A stretch of 64,000 nt of DNA from Alphaproteobacteria bacterium (GTDB taxonomy: Bacteria; Pseudomonadota; Alphaproteobacteria; Rhizobiales; JAJFHC01): positions 4,421-68,420 of the forward strand of contig JAJFHD010000149.1 of the NCBI GenBank assembly GCA_021775805.1. The letters run 5' to 3'. The notes under the pieces are model-generated. The model saw only the letters and a list, made by a program, of their open reading frames with translations, did no database searches and had not been told where the DNA came from. Made by a program: the position numbers and the translations under genes. Numbering within the stretch: the first letter of the stretch is position 1; each line of letters begins with the position of its first letter. Positions 54,031 to 62,607 of the stretch are shown piece after piece.

Positions 54031-55005
54031 TCACGAGAGTACGCATCGATTCCGTTGCTTGTAGTATGGTTTGTTGCAGGTCCATTCGTTGCCCGAATAG
54101 TCGAGATGGCCATTTTCGGGTATTTCGACTGGCACGCACGTCTGGGCCTTGGCTTCGTACCCGCGTTTGCATGCCCAGCCGGAACCGTAGGAGGAGTCCA
54201 CCAGATAGGCATTCGCGGGAACCTTGACTGCCTTGCAGATGTTGCCCGACGGCCTGAAACCGCGAGTACATTTCCAGCCGTCTCCGTAGGAGGCGTCCAC
54301 AAAGTATCCGTGCTGCGGCACGACAACCACAGCACACCTGTCAATGGTTGCTTTGTAGCCACGTTCACATTCCCAGCCTTTGCCACTGTTGGAGCCGGTG
54401 AGATATCCGTGCTGGGGAACCTTGATAGCAACGCATGCCTGTTTAACCGCCTGATAGCCGCGGTTGCACTCCCATCCGCCTCTGTATGACGATGCGTCAA
54501 GATAGCCGTTCTCCGGAATTTTGACAGCGACGCAGTCATTGTTGTCTGCACGATATCGAACATCGCACTTCCAGCCATCACCGGAAGAATTCAGATGGCC
54601 GTGTTCCGGCACCTTGATGACTGCGCAGGCGCCGCCCGACACTTTGTATCCGCGCTCGCATTTCCATCGATCTCCGGCATCTGTCAGATACGCGTTTGCG
54701 GGCAACGTGAATGCACCGCACTCCCCTTTGGACGCCCGGAATCCGCGGACACAGTCCCAGCCCGGGCCGTAGGTCTCGCCCGTTGGGAAAGCATTGGCCG
54801 GAATCTTGATGGCGACGCAGACACCCCCGCGCGCACGAAAACCGGTATGGCATTCCCATCCGGTGCCGTAGTTCTTCGCGGCAGCATTTTCAGGTATGAC
54901 AAAAGACACGCCTTGCGCAAAGACTGTTCCATGTGTGCCGACCATCAATGAGAACAGAAGGACATGGCCGGCCAGGCATCGAGACCAAAGCTTTACAACA
55001 TTCAT
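54031..55005 (-). CDS. secreted protein built from nine cysteine-pair repeats
   Basis: 324 aa from the ATG at 55005; signal peptide ending VFAQG; nine units of 31-34 aa with the pattern (V/I)P.N.Y....G.GW.C.RG(Y/F)......C. Confidence 0.75.
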   Translation of the reverse strand: MNVVKLWSRCLAGHVLLFSLMVGTHGTVFAQGVSFVIPENAAAKNYGTGWECHTGFRARGGVCVAIKIPANAFPTGETYGPGWDCVRGFRASKGECGAFTLPANAYLTDAGDRWKCERGYKVSGGACAVIKVPEHGHLNSSGDGWKCDVRYRADNNDCVAVKIPENGYLDASSYRGGWECNRGYQAVKQACVAIKVPQHGYLTGSNSGKGWECERGYKATIDRCAVVVVPQHGYFVDASYGDGWKCTRGFRPSGNICKAVKVPANAYLVDSSYGSGWACKRGYEAKAQTCVPVEIPENGHLDYSGNEWTCNKPYYKQRNRCVLS

Positions 55006-55698
55006 TGTGCTTCTTTCTTGGCTCACAACCGGAACCTGTTCTGTCAATCGGCGCTGACTGGAAATCCGTTCGCACCGGCGCGTTCGGCGTCGCCCCTAAA
55101 ATTGAAACGGAGGAAACGATCTCAGGCCTGAATTTCGCTGCCAAAACTGTTGGCAACCCAATGAACGCGCGTGTCCTGCCTTGGCGCGGGCGTCACGGTG
55201 GCAATCGGCGTCCAGTCTTGAACAGTTCTTTATGCCTGTGTCCGCGTGTCGTTCAGGTTGGTGTAGAGACCGTTACAAAAGTGAAGTTACTCACCGGGAC
55301 ATCCGAAATGCCGCATTCCGCGATTTTCCGGGCGGCCGCCATCCGTTCCACTTCAGGCTGCTGCTCGATAGTGGCTGCACGCTCTGCAGCCTGCCTCTTT
55401 CTGCTTCTCACTCTTGGTCAACGTTCTTTTCGCAGCGAGCAAACGAAAAACCGTACCAATGCCGAAACCATAGCACATCTACAAGTATTTTCAATGTATT
55501 TGTTGCAAATATGTCAAACAAATTACACAATAACTTTGAATGCTATCTAAATACATAAATAGATTTTGAAACATAATTGAAAAATATTTTCGGTTTTACT
55601 AAGTACAAATCATATTCAATATTCGCACATACGGCGCGGATTAGTCGAAACACGCAGGTTCTAATGTGCACTGGGGATTCTATACGGAGTCGAAGCGC

Positions 55699-55780
55699 GT
55701 CGAAACCGTCCCGTGGCGGTGGACCCTATGCGGAGGAGGCGGCGTATCCTCCGGGGCCGGAGGCCGGTGACGGCCCTTAG
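55699..55780 (+). pseudogene. detached, diverged copy of the last 27 codons of thpR
   Basis: Gap-free alignment to 52621-52702, 64/82 identical by hand, same frame and stop position; no upstream thpR-like sequence. Confidence 0.6.
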
Positions 55781-55817
55781 ACCGTATCTGGTCTTTATCT
55801 GGACCATCATGCCAGCA

Positions 55818-57434
55818 CTAAGGCTGCTGCAGTTTCGATGTCACATCGTGAAACTGATAGATATCCCTTTTGTTCGGAAACACGTATGACCGGTCAGGAA
55901 GGGCCGGTAAATCGATACCAAAATATTCTCTCAAAACGAGCCGGAAACTGTTGACCGGGGTGATCTCCGCAGAGATCTGCGACTGTTTCAGGCCGGGCAG
56001 GTAGAGAGCATTGAGAATCGCCATCTTCTCGCGCAATTCGGCGGGTGTCGTTTGCAGCCAGTCAACATACTGGACATCGGCGCCAAGCCGGCGGATTTCA
56101 TCACGCACCAACCGCTTCGGCCACGGCCCCTCGTCGGCCTGTAGGATGATGATTGGTTCCGGTCCGCCGGACTGCTTGATGCGCTCGATGAATCTCAAAA
56201 CCTGGCTGTTGGCATACTTCACCTGTTCGACGTAATTTTGCTCCCGGCTGCGGTTTGCCACTGTTTCGACATCCAGGCAGTTTCCTTCGCCGTCAATGAC
56301 GAAAGGAGGGTGGGGCACCAGGAAATGTGCGAAGACGAATTTCGGCACGTCGGGATCATGCTGTGCGGCGGTGTCCGCCAGAGCCGAGAACTTCTTCCTG
56401 GCGCGCCGGCATTGCAGTTGTCTTGGATTGAGATCCTGCAACCCCAGCCGGGCTGCAATTTGGCCGCCGATCGAGTTCTCGAACACGACCCGAGCCAATT
56501 CCGGCCATGCCCGATAGTTCACTTCAAGATCGGCGCTTGGATTGCGCCTGGTTGGCTCCCACCAGGATCCGAAGAAGTGAAGCTCGAAACCCAGGCGGGT
56601 CAAGACGTCACCCAGTCTGGAGTCGACGATACGCCGGTAGATCGGTATCAAGTCCGATGTCGCTTGTATGCCGGCATCCTCGCCGCCGTCAAAATAGTCC
56701 ATGTTGAGCGATGACGACAGGGAATGGGCGGTGCGCTGGTAGTTGGAATAGGAGCGGTCCGCAATGGAAAATCCGAATGTTCTCAGGGCGTCCAGAAACT
56801 CCGCGTTATCGAAGCCATATATTTCCCTCAACTGATCGGCCCGCCCATAGCGGTCAAGAACGATGTAGTAGATGTCCCGTTTTGTCGTGGACTGAGCGGC
56901 GGTCGCCGGTATTTCCGGGAAACTCTGCTCGACCGCATGCGAAAGTTCCCCGCGATCCCATAAAATTGGTCCCTTTACGACGGAGACGGCCGCGAAGATG
57001 ACGATTACGGCGGCGGAGACGTTCATGAAGGTCTGCAGCGGCGCGCGTATCGACGGGAGGCCGCATGCCGCTGCCGCAATGGCCACCCAGAATGTCATCC
57101 AGGCTGATTGATGCGTGCCGGCGAAATAGGCCCCCAGCAGAGCCCCGATGAACAGGCTGGCCAATAGCGGATCGGTTATGTCCGGTCGCCTGGAGACAGC
57201 CCTTAACAGCACACTCAATGCACAATAACCGATGACGGCTGATCCGGCTGCCATGAAGAACATCGCCGGCGCAATTCGATGCACATTGCTGGAGTAGACC
57301 AGAAGGAACGGCGTCAGCGGCAGCAAGTAGGTGAAGAGAGGCAGGGCGAAGAGAAGACGAATGCGGCCAGCGGGGAGCGTGGCGCGTGCAGTCCTGGTCA
57401 ACCGCGCCTCATCCCGCTGCGCACTGTCGGTCAT
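55818..57434 (-). CDS. membrane-anchored alkaline-phosphatase-superfamily (LtaS/OpgB/EptA-like) enzyme
   Basis: 538 aa from the ATG at 57434 (ATGA overlap with the upstream gene); 5-6 N-terminal TM helices; YYIVLDRYG, FAHFLVPHPPF, VKYANSQV, ILQADEG. Confidence 0.75.
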   Translation of the reverse strand: MTDSAQRDEARLTRTARATLPAGRIRLLFALPLFTYLLPLTPFLLVYSSNVHRIAPAMFFMAAGSAVIGYCALSVLLRAVSRRPDITDPLLASLFIGALLGAYFAGTHQSAWMTFWVAIAAAACGLPSIRAPLQTFMNVSAAVIVIFAAVSVVKGPILWDRGELSHAVEQSFPEIPATAAQSTTKRDIYYIVLDRYGRADQLREIYGFDNAEFLDALRTFGFSIADRSYSNYQRTAHSLSSSLNMDYFDGGEDAGIQATSDLIPIYRRIVDSRLGDVLTRLGFELHFFGSWWEPTRRNPSADLEVNYRAWPELARVVFENSIGGQIAARLGLQDLNPRQLQCRRARKKFSALADTAAQHDPDVPKFVFAHFLVPHPPFVIDGEGNCLDVETVANRSREQNYVEQVKYANSQVLRFIERIKQSGGPEPIIILQADEGPWPKRLVRDEIRRLGADVQYVDWLQTTPAELREKMAILNALYLPGLKQSQISAEITPVNSFRLVLREYFGIDLPALPDRSYVFPNKRDIYQFHDVTSKLQQP

Positions 57435-58828
57435 GTCCGATCGAACCAGTAGAGCGTTCGGCCGGTCGAAGCGATTTTTTGCTTCGCGACGATTCGGGCC
57501 TTGGCGGCGAGAATGCGCGCGAATGTGTCTTCGTCGTAGTCGTGGAATATGTCTTCGCGCAGCATCAACAGTTGCTGGACCGTCGGGTCGCTCTTCTGGA
57601 CGAACTCGATGATTCCCACCGGCGCGAACGACGTGATCCAATCAATCACCTGGTCAATCGGCACGTTGCGGCCGATCGTAAGATGATGCTCGAAGGCCAG
57701 GGCGATCAAAGCGTCCGCTTTGTCGCGGCCGGCGAGAGACTTGCGCTCGACACCGTTCCACCCTTGACCTGGACTGGGGTTTGCCGCGTCGAGAAACAGG
57801 GGCAACAGATTGAGGTTCTTGGCCTTCGCACGGGCAAACGCGCGTTCAAGCGCACCCTGATCAAAATCGAAACCGACGACGCGCCGGGCGCCCGATGCCA
57901 AGGCTACTTCCGAGTATTCTCCGGAGTTACAGCCAAAATCAAACATCATGTCCGGTTTGGTCTTTGCGCAGAATTCCGCGACGAACCGGCTCTTGGCCTG
58001 TTGTTCGTCATGGGCATAGGTGTGGGTCTGTTCATAGTCCTGCCAGACCGTTGCGTTTGTGCCCTTGGGTTCGAGCTTGGAAATCCAGTTCTGCAACTGC
58101 CGCAGTATCTGGATATAGGCGTTTTGTGACAGTCCCTTTCCCTGGGCCCGGCTCATGGCGCGCTCACCGGCAGTCTCCGCATAACGCTGCAGGCGCGCCT
58201 GCAGGGTCACATGGGTCAGAATGTTGAACGAAAAATTTCGCCACCACGGCAGGAGGCGGGCCAGTTTGTCGGTTTCGATGCCTTCAAGGTTGCCACGGTA
58301 CCAGCCGTTGGGCGCGATACCGAACAGGGCACGCATCAGCAGCGGATTCAGGAATTGCTCGCAGAACTGCTTGTGGCCGAACCAGATTTCGCCTTCGCGA
58401 TAGCGGCGAAATGAAAGGGCATCGATGAACACCGCTTCGGGCCCTTCGAACTGAACGTTGTAGGCACTCGCGTCCGACAGCGATACGCCTGAAGACAAGG
58501 CCGTCAGTTGGATATCGAGATGCAAGAGTGCTGCCTGCTTGAGCAGTGGAAACGACCATTCATAGGGATAGGAGACAAAGGGAATACGGCTATGGCGCAG
58601 GACCCGGTAGGTGTCGACGCCGGCATTCTTGAGCACTGTGTGATCGACTTCCTCGGTCCCGACCATGCGATTGGTCGAAACCAGTTGGCCTATCAGCCCC
58701 GCAGCCTTGACAAACTCGTAGTCGTCCTTGGCGTGTTCGGAAACCGTTCGGAAAATCTCGTTTCCGGCTCTGAATATCCTGCCGTTCGGATCGCGAAATG
58801 ACCCCTGGTCAGCAAGAGGTTCGCTCAC
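57431..58828 (-). CDS. class I SAM-dependent methyltransferase with N-terminal NoeA-like domain
   Basis: 465 aa from the GTG at 58828 (GTGA overlap with the upstream gene); SFRDPNGRIF N-terminus; SAM motif FDFGCNSGEYS. Confidence 0.8.
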   Translation of the reverse strand: MSEPLADQGSFRDPNGRIFRAGNEIFRTVSEHAKDDYEFVKAAGLIGQLVSTNRMVGTEEVDHTVLKNAGVDTYRVLRHSRIPFVSYPYEWSFPLLKQAALLHLDIQLTALSSGVSLSDASAYNVQFEGPEAVFIDALSFRRYREGEIWFGHKQFCEQFLNPLLMRALFGIAPNGWYRGNLEGIETDKLARLLPWWRNFSFNILTHVTLQARLQRYAETAGERAMSRAQGKGLSQNAYIQILRQLQNWISKLEPKGTNATVWQDYEQTHTYAHDEQQAKSRFVAEFCAKTKPDMMFDFGCNSGEYSEVALASGARRVVGFDFDQGALERAFARAKAKNLNLLPLFLDAANPSPGQGWNGVERKSLAGRDKADALIALAFEHHLTIGRNVPIDQVIDWITSFAPVGIIEFVQKSDPTVQQLLMLREDIFHDYDEDTFARILAAKARIVAKQKIASTGRTLYWFDRT

Positions 58829-59055
58829 TTGGAATCGTCCGTTCCGTGTTCGGCGCCGCTCGGCATTGCCGGTGACAATCCAAGTATTGCCTTGAATTTT
58901 GCCCAGTACATCCTGGCGATGAACAGACCGCCGGCGATCGCCCCGATGACGCCCTGCAGGAGAATGCTGCCGGTGCCTGGATCCAGATAGGCGTGGGCGC
59001 TGCCGGTTGAGGCAAAGAGCATAATCGCGACGGCATACAGGGTTGCAAAACGCAT
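58825..59055 (-). CDS. 76-aa membrane mini-protein with AYLDPGTGS motif
   Basis: ATG at 59055 with GGAG upstream; signal-like MRFATLYAVAIMLFASTGSAHA, then YLDPGTGSILLQGVIGAIAGGLFIA. Confidence 0.55.
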   Translation of the reverse strand: MRFATLYAVAIMLFASTGSAHAYLDPGTGSILLQGVIGAIAGGLFIARMYWAKFKAILGLSPAMPSGAEHGTDDSK

Positions 59056-59200
59056 GAGACTGAACTCCACGGCACAAGTACAAAAGCAGATGCAGCATGG
59101 CCTTGGTCTGGCGTACCAGACCGGAAGGACACGCCGTCTTGCGTCACTTTGGCGTTCATTTGTAAAGTTTTTGATAAACACCGCCCCATTTTGCGCTTGC

Positions 59201-59698
59201 CTACATCCGAAACGCTGATTCCACGTGGTCTGCCAGCCCTTCGCTGGCCACCAAGATCAGATCCAGGGCGTGCTCGTAATCGCTTTCATCGCCATGATAA
59301 GGGTCTGGCACCTCGACAAAATCGGCATCCTTGACGAACTGCGAAAACAACTTGATGCGCCCGACAGCGTCCGCCGGGGCGCGTTGCTCGAGATCGGCGA
59401 CGTTCTGGTGGTCCATGGCGACAATCAGGTCAAAATTGTCGAAGTCACTGGCCGTTATCTGCCGGCTTGTAATGCCCGACAGGTCGTACCCGCGTTTCAA
59501 TGCCGCCGCCTGGCCGCGTGGATTTGGCGGGTTGCCCGTATGCCAGGCGCCGATGCCTGCAGAATCCAGTTCAATCAGACCGCTGCTCCCCCGGCGCTCC
59601 ATGATCTGGCGGAAAACCCCTTCCGCCGTCGGCGAGCGGCATGTGTTGCCCAGACAGACAAAGAGAATTCTATAGGGTGGCTTTGACGGGGCGGTCAT
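59201..59698 (-). CDS. low-molecular-weight protein-tyrosine phosphatase
   Basis: 165 aa; ILFVCLGNTCRSP (CX5R) and the DPY loop. Confidence 0.9.
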   Translation of the reverse strand: MTAPSKPPYRILFVCLGNTCRSPTAEGVFRQIMERRGSSGLIELDSAGIGAWHTGNPPNPRGQAAALKRGYDLSGITSRQITASDFDNFDLIVAMDHQNVADLEQRAPADAVGRIKLFSQFVKDADFVEVPDPYHGDESDYEHALDLILVASEGLADHVESAFRM

Positions 59699-59758
59699 GG
59701 CAGTTTCCGGTCCAGAGAACTCAGGCGCAAACGCAATTGATAACGGGAGACAGGCCCC

Positions 59759-60046
59759 ATGGCAAAGCTGACAGGACAGGAACGCCGCGACGCGATTGAC
59801 GGCCTTGACGGCTGGAGCGAAGTCGACGGCCGTGATGCCATTTCAAAATCCTTCCAGTTCAGGAATTTCAACGCAGCCTTCGGCTGGATGACGCGGGTCG
59901 CCATGACGGCTGAAAAGATGGATCACCATCCCGAGTGGTTCAACGTCTACCGCACCGTCGACGTGACGCTTGCCACCCACGATGCCGGCGGCGTCACCGA
60001 AAAGGACATCAAGCTGGCAAAGGCCATGGACCGTTTTGCCGCTTAA
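59759..60046 (+). CDS. phhB: 4a-hydroxytetrahydrobiopterin dehydratase
   Basis: 95 aa; DHHPEW motif. Confidence 0.9.
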   Translation: MAKLTGQERRDAIDGLDGWSEVDGRDAISKSFQFRNFNAAFGWMTRVAMTAEKMDHHPEWFNVYRTVDVTLATHDAGGVTEKDIKLAKAMDRFAA

Positions 60047-60061
60047 CGGCCCCCGCCCCGT

Positions 60062-60847
60062 CTACTTCGGCGCCAGCCGGACCGCGCCGTCTAGCCGGAT
60101 GCATGCGCCGTTGAGCATGTCGTTCTCGCAGATCTGGCGCACCAGCAGGGCATATTCGTCGGGCCGCCCGAGGCGTGTGGGGAACGGCACGCTGGCGCCC
60201 AGCGCGTCGCGGATTTCCTCCGGCAGGCCGTCGAACATCGGCGTGTAGAACAGCCCCGGCATGATCGACACCACCCGGATGCCGTCTCGCGCGAGATCCC
60301 GGGCCATCGGCAGGGTCATGCCGGCAACGCCGCCCTTCGAGGCCGAATAGGCCACCTGGCCGATTTGCCCGTCCTGGGCGGCGATCGAGCTTGTGCAGAT
60401 CATGACGCCGCGGCCGCCGTCGGGCGTGACCGGATCGGCGTCCATCATGCCTGCAGCACTTTTCGAGCACATATGAAAGGTGCCGATCAGGTTTATTGTG
60501 ACCACACGCGTGAAAGCATCGAGATCGTGGGGGCTTACGGTACCGGTGTCGCGGTTGCGCGCAGCCGTCTTGGCACCGATCGCAATGCCGGCGCAATTGA
60601 CCAGCACCCGTTCCTGGCCGTGAGCGCCGCGCGCCGCCGCCAATCCGGCATCCACGCTTGCGGCATCGGTGACATCCACATTGCAGAACAGCCCGCCGGT
60701 TTCCGACGCCACCTGTTGCCCGCGCTCGGCATTCATGTCGAAGATCGCCACCTTGAGTCCCCTGGACGACAGCTCCCGTACTGTTGCCTCGCCCAGACCG
60801 GACGCGCCGCCGGTCACGATTGCGCTCATGCCTTCGCCGAGATCCAT
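60062..60847 (-). CDS. short-chain dehydrogenase (3-hydroxyacyl-CoA dehydrogenase type 2-like)
   Basis: 261 aa from the ATG at 60847 with AGGAGAA upstream; TGGASGLG and YSASKGG. Confidence 0.85.
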   Translation of the reverse strand: MDLGEGMSAIVTGGASGLGEATVRELSSRGLKVAIFDMNAERGQQVASETGGLFCNVDVTDAASVDAGLAAARGAHGQERVLVNCAGIAIGAKTAARNRDTGTVSPHDLDAFTRVVTINLIGTFHMCSKSAAGMMDADPVTPDGGRGVMICTSSIAAQDGQIGQVAYSASKGGVAGMTLPMARDLARDGIRVVSIMPGLFYTPMFDGLPEEIRDALGASVPFPTRLGRPDEYALLVRQICENDMLNGACIRLDGAVRLAPK

Positions 60848-61081
60848 GTTTTTTCTCCTGCTTGTTTTGTAACTCAGTATCTCAGCGGTCTTAGTGCCAT
60901 TTGACCGGCGGTCTTGGGAAGTCTGTTTTTGACCTTCTGCCCGATCCGGCCGGTCGAATCTCCGCAATCGCCTGTTGCCAGGACCCCTGCGGCACGACTG
61001 GACCGTGCCCGGCCGAACTTGAAATCCTGCAGAAAACTCCCATATGCAATAGGTCTGTGTACAATCGGGAGCGGCAAAACC

Positions 61082-61483
61082 ATGTCATCGAAAGCTGGGA
61101 ATATCGAGCCGGACCTGAGGGGTCCCAAGATACAGCTGCCGGAGACAATTGCACGCAACGAGAAACGCGTGAAGAAGGGTTTCTGGAAAAAGCTGGCGAA
61201 ATTCGCGGGCTATCTGCCATTTGCGCAGGATCTGGCGGCCGCCTACCATTGCGCCATGGATCCGCAGACCCCTCTGCGGGTGCGTGCGGTGCTGCTGGCG
61301 GCTCTTGCCTATTTCATCATGCCGGCCGACCTGGTTCCGGATATTATTCTGGGCCTGGGCTTCACCGACGATGCCGCCGTCATCGCCACGGCGATCGGGC
61401 TGGTTTCGGGCCACATCAAGGACGAACACCACCACAAGGCGCGCATCACCCTGCAGAAGGACGCAGCCCCTACATCTCGATAA
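61082..61483 (+). CDS. DUF1232 (YkvA-like) membrane protein
   Basis: 133 aa from the ATG at 61082; ADLVPDIILGLGFTDDAAV motif. Confidence 0.75.
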   Translation: MSSKAGNIEPDLRGPKIQLPETIARNEKRVKKGFWKKLAKFAGYLPFAQDLAAAYHCAMDPQTPLRVRAVLLAALAYFIMPADLVPDIILGLGFTDDAAVIATAIGLVSGHIKDEHHHKARITLQKDAAPTSR

Positions 61484-62447
61484 CAACCTTGCCGCGCACT
61501 TCGCGGTTGGCCAGGGCATTCAGGGCGTCAGCGGTTTGATCCAGCCGGTAGGCCTTGTGCACATGCGGTGCAATGCGTCCTTCCGCACACCAGGACACCA
61601 GCTGTTCCATGTGCTGGGTGTGGCGTTCCGGAGAGCGTTTCAGGAAATCGCCCCAGAACACCCCGACCATCTGGCACCCTTTCAGGAGCACCAGATTAAG
61701 GGGAATTTTGGGGATCTCGCCTGCGGCAAATCCAATCACAAGATAACGCCCCTCCCACCCGGTGGCGCGCAGCGCCTGTTCGGCAAAATCTCCGCCGACA
61801 GGGTCGTAGACCACATCCGCCCCTTTGCCGTAGGTCAGTTCCTTGATTCGTTCCTTCAGGTTTTCGGAGGTGTAATTGATCACCTCATCGGCGCCGATCT
61901 CGCGGCAGAAGTCGAGCTTGTCGTCGGACGACGCAGCGGCAATCACGCGCGCACCCATGATCTTTCCCAGTTCGATGGCCGACTGTCCGACACCGCCGGA
62001 CGCGCCCAGCACCACCATGTTTTCGCCGATCTTGAGTTTGGCCCGGTCGGCCAGGGCATGGATGGTTGTGCCATAGGTGACGGTGAGGCCGGCAGCTGCT
62101 GCAAATTCAACCGTGTCGGGCAGGCGCACAACCTGGTCTGCGGCGACACAAACCTCCTCGCGGCACGCCCCCCACACCGTGTAGGCCATGACGCGATCGC
62201 CGACGGCTAGGCCGTGCACGGCCGATCCGATCTTCTTGACGATGCCGGCAAGTTCCGCACCCGGCGAGAACGGACGCTCAGGCTTGAACTGATACTTGTC
62301 CTGAATGATCAGGGTGTCGAAGAAGTTCAACGCCGCGGCCTTCACGCTGACGACAATGTCGTCCGCGCCCGGTTCAGGCGTCGGCACGTCTTCGACCACC
62401 AGTGTATCGGGCGGTCCGAATTCCTTGCACAGAATTGCTTTGGCCAC
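61470..62447 (-). CDS. NADPH:quinone oxidoreductase (MDR superfamily)
   Basis: 325 aa from the GTG at 62447 with GAGGGGGAG upstream; VLGASGGVG motif. Confidence 0.85.
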   Translation of the reverse strand: MAKAILCKEFGPPDTLVVEDVPTPEPGADDIVVSVKAAALNFFDTLIIQDKYQFKPERPFSPGAELAGIVKKIGSAVHGLAVGDRVMAYTVWGACREEVCVAADQVVRLPDTVEFAAAAGLTVTYGTTIHALADRAKLKIGENMVVLGASGGVGQSAIELGKIMGARVIAAASSDDKLDFCREIGADEVINYTSENLKERIKELTYGKGADVVYDPVGGDFAEQALRATGWEGRYLVIGFAAGEIPKIPLNLVLLKGCQMVGVFWGDFLKRSPERHTQHMEQLVSWCAEGRIAPHVHKAYRLDQTADALNALANREVRGKVVIEM

Positions 62448-62607
62448 GGGGCTCCCCCTCTCAGGAAATTGTTCAGGTGGAGCGCCATAGCATCTCGGGC
62501 CGGGTTTGAAAACCGTGCCGCTGCTTGGCATTTTTTCCAGTGTCTTCTATACGTTGTACCTTGGCGGCTATGGCCGCTGCGGCCAGACATCAAACCCGGA
62601 TTACGCT

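Noticed and set aside
55253-55411. 52-codon GTG-initiated minus-strand frame (MRSRKRQAAERAATIEQQPEVERMAAARKIAECGISDV...)
   Set aside because: The sequence looks plausible, but there is no SD, a non-ATG start and no recognisable family. Evidence is insufficient to call it a gene.
54933-55558. 205-aa and 125-aa plus-strand ORFs upstream of the repeat-protein gene
   Set aside because: No SD, implausible composition, they cross GC-content boundaries, and one overlaps the signal-peptide region of the repeat protein.
55577-55780. 67-aa ORF on the plus strand
   Set aside because: Only its last 27 codons are meaningful, and they are the detached thpR 3' copy. The upstream part is AT-rich non-coding sequence. 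It is called a pseudogene fragment instead.
58829-59098. N-terminal 90-codon extension of the methyltransferase ORF. Similar extensions occur at 57435-57641, 4722-4919, 20105-20380, 33275-33439, 9747-9989 and 23510-23794.
   Set aside because: The extensions overlap the upstream gene in another frame and translate to Arg/Cys/Pro-rich junk. Internal starts give canonical N-termini and 1-4 nt gene junctions.
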